Shown in pieces: positions 49,207 through 57,322 of a stretch of 61,346 nt of DNA. The position numbers and the translations under genes are program-made. Origin of the DNA: Candidatus Omnitrophota bacterium. GTDB taxonomy: Bacteria > Omnitrophota > Gorgyraeia > DAOVKU01. The stretch lies in the NCBI GenBank assembly GCA_043822625.1, contig JBDRBQ010000067.1:1-61346 (forward strand). The letters run 5' to 3'. The notes under the pieces were generated by a model, which ran no database searches, was not told where the DNA came from, and worked only from the letters and a program-made list of their open reading frames with translations. The first letter of the stretch is position 1. Every line of letters starts with the position of its first letter.

Positions 49207-49605
49207 ATGCAGGAACAAAGACAAAATACACGAATAGGCGTAGGATTAAAAGTAAAAATGCGGGCTGAAAAATACGGCTTTGAAAATCAGGTAACTTCGG
49301 TAAATATCAGCGGCGGGGGCATTATGCTTGTTATCGAAAGAAGACTGCCTATAGGAGCGCAAGTTGACCTTGAAATTATTCTTTCCCCCAGAGAACATCC
49401 TATAAAAACAAGGGGTAAAATTGTCTGGATTAAGCCTGTTTCAGTAAAAAACACGGAAGATGAAGAAGCCGAGGTATTTTTTGAGAAAATGTATTGCGGC
49501 ATGGAATTTATCGAATTTACGGATATTAGCCCAGACGATCAAAGCCGGTTATTGAATTTCATTTTTAATAACATAAGCGGCGAGGCAGTAAAAATACGAA
49601 CTTAA
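49207..49605 (+). CDS. PilZ-domain protein
   Basis: RQNTR (RxxxR) and NISGGGIML (D/NxSxxG) c-di-GMP-binding motifs. Confidence 0.75.
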   Translation: MQEQRQNTRIGVGLKVKMRAEKYGFENQVTSVNISGGGIMLVIERRLPIGAQVDLEIILSPREHPIKTRGKIVWIKPVSVKNTEDEEAEVFFEKMYCGMEFIEFTDISPDDQSRLLNFIFNNISGEAVKIRT

Positions 49606-49685
49606 TATTCCCCTCTTTATTAAAAGAGGCCTGCCAGTATACTGTTGAGGCAGGTCTGCCGAAGGCACGATCCGCTTAAAAAATG

Positions 49686-50005
49686 CCCCCTCCCCCTTTG
49701 CGGGAGAGAGCAGGGGTGAGGCAATTAACTAACTTCCTTGTTCCCCATCTTCCCATCGTGGCAAAGAGTTGGGCCTGTCCCGCCGTAATGCGGGAGTGAG
49801 GCGTTAACACAGAGTTCCTTGTTCCCCATCTTCCCATCGTGGCAAAGAGTTGGGCCTGTCCCGCCGTAGTGCGGGAGTGAGGCAATTAACTAACTTCCTT
49901 GTTCCCCCTCGCCCTTTATGGGAGAGGGTTGGGGTGAGGCAATTAACTAACTTCCTTATTCCCCCTCGCCCTTTATGGGAGAGGGTTGGGGTGAGGGTTA
50001 TAATC
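49686..50005. repeat. array of 5 hairpin-containing units (57-81 bp) ending GGGGTGAGGGTTATAAT
   Basis: Units start at 49686, 49743, 49824, 49904 and 49961. Units 2 and 3 are near-identical 81-bp copies. The shared linker is GTGAGGCAATTAACTAACTTCCTTGTT. Palindromes of the type CCCTCGCCC-TTTAT-GGGAGAGGG are present. Confidence 0.88.
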
Positions 50006-50055
50006 TTATTTGTATTTATTTACCGCCGGATTTTAATTTTTAAGGAAAAATAATA

Positions 50056-50430
50056 ATGACTAAAAATAAAAAAAGAAAAAATATATGTTTAGAAGAATGT
50101 TCCGCTTTATGCTGTAAGTATTTTGCCATGGACATAACAAAACCCAGAACAAAATGGGATATCAACGATTTAAAGTGGAAATTAAAGCATAAAAATATAC
50201 ATGTTTATATAATAAATAAGAGATGGTGTCTTTTAATTACAAGCGACTGTATGTACCTGCAAGACGACAACAAATGCGGCATATATGAAACCAGGCCGGA
50301 TATATGCAGAAAATACAGCCACGTTAATTGCGAAAAAACCGGCCCATGGTACGATGTTTTCATTTCCAGTCCGGAAGAATTGGACAAACACCTCGAAAAA
50401 GAAAAGGTCGACAGAAAAAAGAAAAACTAA
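50056..50430 (+). CDS. YkgJ-family (UPF0153) cysteine-cluster protein
   Basis: C.E.CSALCC ... D.KCGIYETRPDICRKY. Confidence 0.7.
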   Translation: MTKNKKRKNICLEECSALCCKYFAMDITKPRTKWDINDLKWKLKHKNIHVYIINKRWCLLITSDCMYLQDDNKCGIYETRPDICRKYSHVNCEKTGPWYDVFISSPEELDKHLEKEKVDRKKKN

Positions 50431-50436
50431 TAAAAA

Positions 50437-50544
50437 CCCTGCCCGCATTATTTCCCATCTACCATTGTGGGGTGAGGCGTTAACACAGTTCCTTGTTCCC
50501 CCTCTCCACTTGAGGGAGAGGGCGGGGGTGAGGGGTATTATAAT
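50437..50544. repeat. two further units of the same hairpin-repeat family, ending GGGGTGAGGGGTATTATAAT
   Basis: CCCATCTACCATTGTGGGGTGAGGCGTTAACACAGTTCCTTGTT then CCCCCTCTCCACTTGAGGGAGAGGGCGGGGGTGAGGGG. Confidence 0.85.
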
Positions 50545-50631
50545 AAAAAAACGTAATAGCCTTATTTTTCAATCTCTCTTCAATAAAACCTGAAAAAATC
50601 GAACAAATCAAAAAAAATCAAAAAAAAATAC

Positions 50632-50660
50632 TTGACAAAAGCTTTAAAATCCAATATATT
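50632..50660 (+). promoter_or_regulatory. sigma70-like promoter (distal)
   Basis: TTGACA (50632-50637), 17 bp, TATATT (50655-50660), preceded by an A-rich tract. Confidence 0.4.
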
Positions 50661-50767
50661 TAAATTGTTTTATTAGTTGCTTTTCAGCAAAATTCTTTCT
50701 AAACTAATTTTTCTATAAAACGGGGGGATATTAAAAGCTCCTTGACTTACAAATAGAGAGATTATTA

Positions 50768-50796
50768 TTGACAAAGATACATCAAGTGTGTATAAT
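50768..50796 (+). promoter_or_regulatory. consensus sigma70 promoter (proximal) for the giant-gene leader
   Basis: TTGACA (50768-50773), exactly 17 bp, TATAAT (50791-50796). Confidence 0.6.
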
Positions 50797-50983
50797 TAGC
50801 CGTGCTTTCAGTTTGCCAATCGAAGTCGGCGAGAGCTTCACTTTTTCAACCTTATGGAAGGGTAAATTTTGAAGATTCAGGAAAAATACAAAACTAAAAA
50901 AACAGTCTGTGTTTTAGGCGCAAACGATTATATTGAAACTGAAAGTATAATTATTTCCGTTTTAAATAATAATTTCTTAAATC

Positions 50984-51017
50984 AGCCCGGTGATTAACTT
51001 CATCGGGCTTTTTGTTT
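50984..51017 (+). terminator. intrinsic terminator / attenuator inside the 5-prime leader of the giant gene
   Basis: AGCCCGGTGA / TCATCGGGCT stem (one G-U) followed by TTTTTGTTT. It ends 21 nt before ATG 51038 and upstream of its GAGGAG RBS. Confidence 0.6.
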
Positions 51018-51037
51018 AACAAAAATGAGGAGAAGAG

Positions 51038-54000
51038 ATGAAAATATTTAGAAAAAAAGAGGCATTTATCGAAATAATTATGTTATTATTGTTAACTGGC
51101 TTTATTTTCATGCCAGGCAAAGTTTCCGCGCAAAGCACGTGTAGTACCGAAACAAGACAAGGGAACGGGGGTGGCTGTGAAAGTGCAGACGACGGGGACC
51201 CTACGTTTATTCAAATAAGCCGAAGGGTTATACCCTGCGCTAATTATGATAAACCTAAATTAGAATTATCCAGCGGTTCTTCGACAAATATTCTTTTTTC
51301 GTATGACAAGTCTCTTATTACCACTACCGCTGAGATGGATGTTATATCAAGTTTACCTGATTGGCTTAATATTGCCGTGGATTCCGAAGTTACGGATTTA
51401 GGCGACCCAAACCTTAATTTTATAAAAATTACTTTTATGGTTACAGCTAATGTTTTGCCTAATTCACATAGTGAAATAAAACTCAGGCTTGTTGACGAAG
51501 GACCCGGAGAAACAAGGGCTGTAAAAAAAGTAATAATTACGGTTGATCGTACTCTTTTTTCCCAAATAAATGTTCCGGCAGAAGGTTCCTTGGTAAGAGC
51601 AGAAGTGCCTATTTTTGGCCTTGCTTACGGAGAAGATTTTTCTCATTATACGATAGAATTCGGCGAAGGGTATGACCCCAATATTTGGATACCTATTACC
51701 ACCTCCTATACACCTCAAACAAATGACACTTCTCCCATAGAATACAAATCCGGCGATCTTACTATTTACGGAAATTTAGCAACATGGGAAACCGGTCTAA
51801 CTGAGTATACTTATGGTACGTGGGCTACCGATCTAAATGGTGCATATACGGTACGTCTGAAGGTTTTTGACACCGCCGGCAATTATACTTATGATGAAAC
51901 AACTGTAGGGGTAGGCAGGGTATTAGGCGGAACATACAGCGGTACGGCTGTTAGTCCGGATACGAAAACGTTATTAATTGTTCCTGAGCAGGCCATCAAA
52001 GAAGATTTTGTGGTAGTGGGAATAGATACTGTCGCGAACCAAGTAGTTTCTATAGATGAAGGATACGATACGATAGGACAAATATATGAAATTCAGCCGC
52101 CGGGTTTGGAATTTACCAAAGATGTCGTGCTGGAAATGAATTATAGCGAAGATGACATAGCAGGTAAGGATGAAAGCAAAATAGGCATTTATGCCTACAA
52201 TCCCGATACGGGGCATTGGCAGTATCTCGCTACTAATAAATACTTAGAAGATAATAAGCTTACAACGGTTATCAGGAAAATCACATCCGGTTACGCGTAT
52301 TATGCAATATTGGAAAAAAGTTCTGTTCCCGCGAAACCGGTTTTGAACCAGCCCGATTCTCCCACGCAAGACAGATTTATTTCTATAAACGGAACCGCGG
52401 ATAGACAGGCGAAAGTCAAAATATCGGTAAATGGTATTGTAAAAAACACGTCTATTGCCGATGATAACGGAATATTTAGTTTAGATATCCTGCCGTTAGC
52501 TGACGGCATAAATACAATTACCGCCGTGGCTGTAGATGAATTCGACCGGCAGAGTCCGGAATCGGACGCGGTAACAGTAGAAGTGATAGAACCGCAAATA
52601 ACTGTAACAGAAATAAATTTCAAAGATAGCGTGTATAGCTCTGATTTCAGCGGCACAGTATACGCGGGAGATACTTTGTATTTAGAATTAATCGGCAGTG
52701 GCGGGGATATTTCTAAAATAGATAAAACAAGCATCACTTTAAAAAGCAGTATCACCGACACAACCGGCATAGAAATACAGTTGGCGGAAACCGGTGTAAA
52801 CAGCGACATCTATAGAGGGGAAGCGAAAGCCGCTGAACAAAGCTGTGAAATGACGAAATGTATAGCCTCGTGGCATGACGGAGAAACTATCACAGCTATA
52901 TCCAAAATCAATCCCGCTAAGACAGCGTCGGTAACCGTGGCCGACTTTTTGCCTCCCGCGGCACCCGCGATAACTTCGCTTACTCATACATCAATCTGCC
53001 AAAATACCTTTGAAGACGGTTCTGAACAGTGGAGAAACAGAAATGCCGAAGAAGGCGCGGAGCTTAATATCGATAATTTAGAAACTGTCGACGGCACCAA
53101 CTGTTTGAAATTAATAAACATAAATTACGGCGGAAATTTTGCTTCTACCGTAACCACAGTACCCTTTGATGCCGCGGAATATCCTTTAATAACTTTCGAT
53201 TACAAAATCACCGAAGACGTAAAAATAAATCTGCTCGTAAAAGTAAAAGACGATATGTGGTATGAAATAATTTTCAACAATGACGAAAAAAAATACTGGG
53301 TCGTAAACATGGAAGACATGGCGGCAATAGAGAACATAATCGCTGACGGAGAGTGGCACACGGCCGCGTTTGACTTATATAAGTTTCTCATAAATCACAG
53401 GGTTCGTTCCACGGAAATAGAAGAAGTAATAATGGCCGACTGGGACACTGCCGGTTTTATGAAGCTTATTTACGGCACCAATTACGCCGGTGCCTCTTAT
53501 TATGTAGACAATTTTATGATAACTAAACCCGCGTATGATGATACTAATCCAATATTCATCATAACACCACCGCATGATTTAAGCGGCATAGCCGGGTTTA
53601 GTTATAAATTAGATAATATTGCCGATACCCTACCTGACCAAATAATGGACACAGGCGAAACTACCCTAAATTATGAAAATTTATCCGACGAAACATATTA
53701 TTTTCACGCCCGCTGTGTGGATAATGCCGGAAACTGGGGGGAACCGAACCATTATAAAATAAAAATAGACACGCGGGGACCACAAGCTTCTTCGCCTAAT
53801 CCGGCTGACGAAAGCACTTGGGAAAACACTCCCGTAACCTTAGCGTTAACCGACAATAACGGCGCGGGTATAAACGAAGAAAGCATAAAGTTAAAAGTAA
53901 ACGACGTCATTTATGATACCGCCAACGGCGGATTGAGTTATGACAAAGAAACCGAAACCCTTGTCTTCGATCCAGCCTCGGTAACACCTAATCCAGCATC

Positions 54001-55870
54001 ATTTTCCGCCGGCGAAACGGTAACTTTTCAGTTATTGGAAGCAGAAGACAACATAGGACATTTATTACAAAATCAGTTAAGCTGGACTTATACAGCACAG
54101 TCACCCTTAAGCTTGAATACACCTACTAATCCCGACGGAGAAAACGGATGGTATGTAACAGCGCCTATGATAACTTTAAATCAACCGGATGCCCAAATAT
54201 TTTTTCATTGGAACAATGAACCGGAAGAAACATACACAGAACCCATAACTGCTCCCGAAGGAATTCATACACTAACATATAGAGTAGTAACTGTTGGCGG
54301 AGAAAAAGAATATACAAAATTATTTAACGTTGCTCCTTCACAGCCGGGGGTAATTCTAAAAACAAGCCCCGTTCAGCCGGACGGCGAAGACAGCTGGTAT
54401 AGAAGCAGTCCTTTAATAGAATTAATCAAAGAAGAATATTATATTCCCGGCGGACTAAAAGGGACGTATTGCGACAATATGGATTATACGGAACCGGTAT
54501 TAAGCCGTTTGGATTTTCGAATAAATTTCAACTGGGAAAACAACAGTCCTGATTATTCGATAGACAGAGATACATATTCGATAATGTGGCAAGGTAAAAT
54601 ATATATACCGCAAAGCGATACTTTCACGTTTAGCCTTATATCGGACGATTTATCACAGCTATTCATAGACGACGATTTAATTATCGATAAAAACGAATAT
54701 TATTATGGTCAGGCCGAAGGACAGGTGTTTTTACAACAGGGATACCATGATATACAAATAACCTATTTCGAATATTATGAAGATTCACAAATCTCACTCA
54801 GCTGGAGTTCAAGCGGCATAACTGGACAAATAGTACCGGCAAAATATCTTTACCATCAAGCGGAAGAACAGCCGGTTATTTATTATCACTGGAACGAAGA
54901 ACCTGCAGTGTTGTATACTCAACCTCTGGTCGCGCCTAAAGGGGTTAATACATTGTATTATTATACACAAGAACCCGCTGGTATTATAACTCAGGAAAAA
55001 GCGCAAGAGTTTAAAGTAATCGGTGTAACCGCGCAAGGTAAAGCCGGTTTTATAATAGACGCGGGACAAACAGTCAAATGGGAAAATTTTAACCTGACCG
55101 CGGCTGAAGACGGCACTAATACAGACGTAAGCATCAGAGCCAGAACAGCCGCCACAAAAGAAGAACTTACAGCTACTCAATGGTCGGATTATTATGGAAA
55201 AGATAATTCCGAGAACGGCTTCAGTCTCAATATCGATAATAATCGCTGGGCGGAAATAGAAATAACTTTAGAGAGCAACTCCATAGAATACCAAACTCCT
55301 ATATTAGAGTCGGCCGGCATAAGCTACGACACCATACCCGGTAAAATCACCGGTACTCTAATAGACGAAAAAGGCAATCCTGTAGAAGGCGCTGAAATAC
55401 AAATAGAAGGCACGGGAATAAGTGCGGTAACCGGCGTTGGCGGCACATATACTTTAATCGGAATACCCTTAGGCACAAATACCGTTATCGTTACAAAAGA
55501 AGGACTGCCAACTGTTTCTATAGCGGTAAATATACAAAGCGGCGACGAATTGCAAATAAATTTCTCTCCGAGGGAAGGCAAAATAAATTTAAAATACGAT
55601 GCCGAATTTTCCCGTTTCTGGGACATTATAAATTACAGTATTCACGAAGATGAAGCGAAAGGCACACACATAAAAATCCGAAGCCGCGCCGCGGAGACAG
55701 CAGAAGCATTAACAACCGCCGCATGGTCTGATTATTACCAAAGCAGTCCCGCGCAAATTACCGATGAATACGGGAATACAGCCTGCGGCAGATGGATAGA
55801 AATAGAAATAATTTTAAGTACAGCCACCTGTGAGGCAACACCGGCAATAGAGGAAATAACTATAGAGTAA
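51038..55870 (+). CDS. 1610-aa secreted multidomain protein (Ig-like, CBM-like, PA14, carboxypeptidase-regulatory-like domains)
   Basis: Signal peptide MKIFRKK...GKVSAQ. Ig-like module at about 52335-52590. Clear PA14 domain at about 54448-54860 (GLKGTYCDN...W.GKIYIP.SDTFTF...SDD...LFIDD). CarboxypepD_reg-like GKITGTLIDEKGNPVEGAEI at about 55340-55530. Internally repeated modules are present. Confidence 0.85.
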   Translation: MKIFRKKEAFIEIIMLLLLTGFIFMPGKVSAQSTCSTETRQGNGGGCESADDGDPTFIQISRRVIPCANYDKPKLELSSGSSTNILFSYDKSLITTTAEMDVISSLPDWLNIAVDSEVTDLGDPNLNFIKITFMVTANVLPNSHSEIKLRLVDEGPGETRAVKKVIITVDRTLFSQINVPAEGSLVRAEVPIFGLAYGEDFSHYTIEFGEGYDPNIWIPITTSYTPQTNDTSPIEYKSGDLTIYGNLATWETGLTEYTYGTWATDLNGAYTVRLKVFDTAGNYTYDETTVGVGRVLGGTYSGTAVSPDTKTLLIVPEQAIKEDFVVVGIDTVANQVVSIDEGYDTIGQIYEIQPPGLEFTKDVVLEMNYSEDDIAGKDESKIGIYAYNPDTGHWQYLATNKYLEDNKLTTVIRKITSGYAYYAILEKSSVPAKPVLNQPDSPTQDRFISINGTADRQAKVKISVNGIVKNTSIADDNGIFSLDILPLADGINTITAVAVDEFDRQSPESDAVTVEVIEPQITVTEINFKDSVYSSDFSGTVYAGDTLYLELIGSGGDISKIDKTSITLKSSITDTTGIEIQLAETGVNSDIYRGEAKAAEQSCEMTKCIASWHDGETITAISKINPAKTASVTVADFLPPAAPAITSLTHTSICQNTFEDGSEQWRNRNAEEGAELNIDNLETVDGTNCLKLININYGGNFASTVTTVPFDAAEYPLITFDYKITEDVKINLLVKVKDDMWYEIIFNNDEKKYWVVNMEDMAAIENIIADGEWHTAAFDLYKFLINHRVRSTEIEEVIMADWDTAGFMKLIYGTNYAGASYYVDNFMITKPAYDDTNPIFIITPPHDLSGIAGFSYKLDNIADTLPDQIMDTGETTLNYENLSDETYYFHARCVDNAGNWGEPNHYKIKIDTRGPQASSPNPADESTWENTPVTLALTDNNGAGINEESIKLKVNDVIYDTANGGLSYDKETETLVFDPASVTPNPASFSAGETVTFQLLEAEDNIGHLLQNQLSWTYTAQSPLSLNTPTNPDGENGWYVTAPMITLNQPDAQIFFHWNNEPEETYTEPITAPEGIHTLTYRVVTVGGEKEYTKLFNVAPSQPGVILKTSPVQPDGEDSWYRSSPLIELIKEEYYIPGGLKGTYCDNMDYTEPVLSRLDFRINFNWENNSPDYSIDRDTYSIMWQGKIYIPQSDTFTFSLISDDLSQLFIDDDLIIDKNEYYYGQAEGQVFLQQGYHDIQITYFEYYEDSQISLSWSSSGITGQIVPAKYLYHQAEEQPVIYYHWNEEPAVLYTQPLVAPKGVNTLYYYTQEPAGIITQEKAQEFKVIGVTAQGKAGFIIDAGQTVKWENFNLTAAEDGTNTDVSIRARTAATKEELTATQWSDYYGKDNSENGFSLNIDNNRWAEIEITLESNSIEYQTPILESAGISYDTIPGKITGTLIDEKGNPVEGAEIQIEGTGISAVTGVGGTYTLIGIPLGTNTVIVTKEGLPTVSIAVNIQSGDELQINFSPREGKINLKYDAEFSRFWDIINYSIHEDEAKGTHIKIRSRAAETAEALTTAAWSDYYQSSPAQITDEYGNTACGRWIEIEIILSTATCEATPAIEEITIE

Positions 55871-55873
55871 AAA

Positions 55874-55967
55874 CAGTAACTAGTAAATGGCAAATAGTAG
55901 ATGGTTAAATGGTTGTTAGTGAATAGTTTTTTATTCACCATTAAACTATTAAACCATTCACTAAATC
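55874..55967. repeat. intergenic hairpin built from forward and reverse heptamer arms
   Basis: Forward ...TAGTAAATGGCAAATAGTAGATGGTTAAATGGTTGTTAGTGAATAG, loop TTTTTT, reverse ATTCACCATTAAACTATTAAACCATTCACTAAATC, then the RBS. Confidence 0.8.
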
Positions 55968-55982
55968 AGGAGGATAAATAAA

Positions 55983-57239
55983 ATGAAACACAAGTTGGTG
56001 CTGTTAATATCACTAATAGTTTTAAGTTTAAGCACGGCTATTTCAGTTTGTGCTGCTGTGAAAACATGGACCACCGATGCGGACTGGAAAGAGGGAGAAA
56101 CGCAAAAAGTAGAAATCATAAACACCGGAGAACCGGCAAGCCTTATACTTGCCGCCTGTCCCGATATTAAAATTATAAACATAGACGGAAATTTTGAGGA
56201 CTGGCAGGGTATTCGCGGACTCGACACGTTTCCTCAGCCTGCCGAAGAAACAGGAGATAGTACTCTCGCTTCGTTAGATATAGAGAATATATGGGCCGCC
56301 AATAACGATAAATATCTATATCTCAAATATCAATGCTCCGCCGATATAGACTTTAACGAAAACAATTATTATTTTTACTTAGATACCGACAATAATTCCG
56401 CCTCCGGATTTAAAAGTTCCACAAACGATTGGGCAGTAGGCGCGGATTACCTCATTCAAAACGCGAACCTATTCATATATACCGGAACCGGCACAGACTG
56501 GAGCTGGAATTGGATAAATACACTCAACTATTTCATAGTTGGCAATACCGTAGAAATAGCTATACAAAGAAAAGATATGGATGAAACCCTTTACAACGGA
56601 GAACAAACAAACCTTCTCGCGGTTAGCGAAACCGGTATGGCAAAGTATGATTTTGCCCCCAATGATAAAGAGAACCAGGTCTATTATTACACCTATGCCA
56701 AACCCATAATGACGGTTGACGGAGATACACAAGACTGGCCGGGCATAGAACCATTAGTTATCGACCCGCAGGATATGGTAGATCAGGACGTAGACATAAA
56801 AGCGGGATACGCTGTCAGTGACGAAAATAATTTATACCTAAGATTAGATGTGTACGGAGATATAAACCCCATTGGACACCGCTATATTATTTACCTTGAC
56901 ACAGATCAGGATAATGCTACCGGACTGACTTACGGCTGGTGGGCAACCGGAGCCGATTACAGAATTTACATAGATGAATGGAGCATAGGATTACAGAAAT
57001 TTATGGGAACCACCCAAAGCGAAGATACATGGGGGTGGAACGGACAATTGTACCAATTGGAAAACACAAACACAAAATGGGCATGGAATGCCGAATCAGG
57101 CATACTAGAATGCGCTATAAGAAAAACCGACATAGGCGAAAACAATGCCGCAAACATACTCTGGCGTTTATCAGGAGACGATTCAGCGCCGTATTACACA
57201 AATACGGTAACGTATCAATATTTAAAAAGCAGTGAATAG
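55983..57239 (+). CDS. 418-aa secreted protein with an internally duplicated domain of unknown function
   Basis: AGGAGG RBS and signal peptide MKHKLVLLISLIVLSLSTAISVCAA. Two homologous halves each start with DG(N/D)..DW.GI and contain YLDTD.N..(S/T)G and GADY.I. Confidence 0.75.
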   Translation: MKHKLVLLISLIVLSLSTAISVCAAVKTWTTDADWKEGETQKVEIINTGEPASLILAACPDIKIINIDGNFEDWQGIRGLDTFPQPAEETGDSTLASLDIENIWAANNDKYLYLKYQCSADIDFNENNYYFYLDTDNNSASGFKSSTNDWAVGADYLIQNANLFIYTGTGTDWSWNWINTLNYFIVGNTVEIAIQRKDMDETLYNGEQTNLLAVSETGMAKYDFAPNDKENQVYYYTYAKPIMTVDGDTQDWPGIEPLVIDPQDMVDQDVDIKAGYAVSDENNLYLRLDVYGDINPIGHRYIIYLDTDQDNATGLTYGWWATGADYRIYIDEWSIGLQKFMGTTQSEDTWGWNGQLYQLENTNTKWAWNAESGILECAIRKTDIGENNAANILWRLSGDDSAPYYTNTVTYQYLKSSE

Positions 57240-57305
57240 TGGATAGTGAATGGTGAATAGTAGTTTTAAAAGCTTTTACCATCAACCATTAAACCATTCA
57301 CCAAT
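57231..57305. repeat. intergenic hairpin built from forward and reverse heptamer arms
   Basis: AGTGAATAGTGGATAGTGAATGGTGAATAGTAG, TTTTAAAAGCTTTTA, CCATCAACCATTAAACCATTCACCAAT. The TAG stop of the upstream gene (57237-57239) lies in the first heptamer. A 32-bp core (57246-57277) is identical to 58935-58966. Confidence 0.8.
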
Positions 57306-57322
57306 AACAAGGACTAAACACA

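Noticed and set aside
49676-50593. ORFs 49676-49885 (-), 49850-50053 (+) and 50285-50593 (+) that encode PLWERVGVR-like peptides.
   Set aside because: They are translations of the hairpin repeat units, or an alternative frame of the YkgJ gene. They have no RBS and their content is repeat-driven.
50803-51017. Assignment of the giant-gene leader to a known riboswitch class (c-di-GMP-I/II, purine, TPP, cobalamin, fluoride and others).
   Set aside because: None of the conserved core sequences I remember for these classes are present. The only resemblance is a weak GGCGCAAACG. The class is left open rather than named.
52300-52809. A 169-aa minus-strand ORF, plus other short ORFs inside 51038-55870.
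   Set aside because: They are embedded antisense in the giant gene, which has a continuous 1610-codon frame with recognisable domains.
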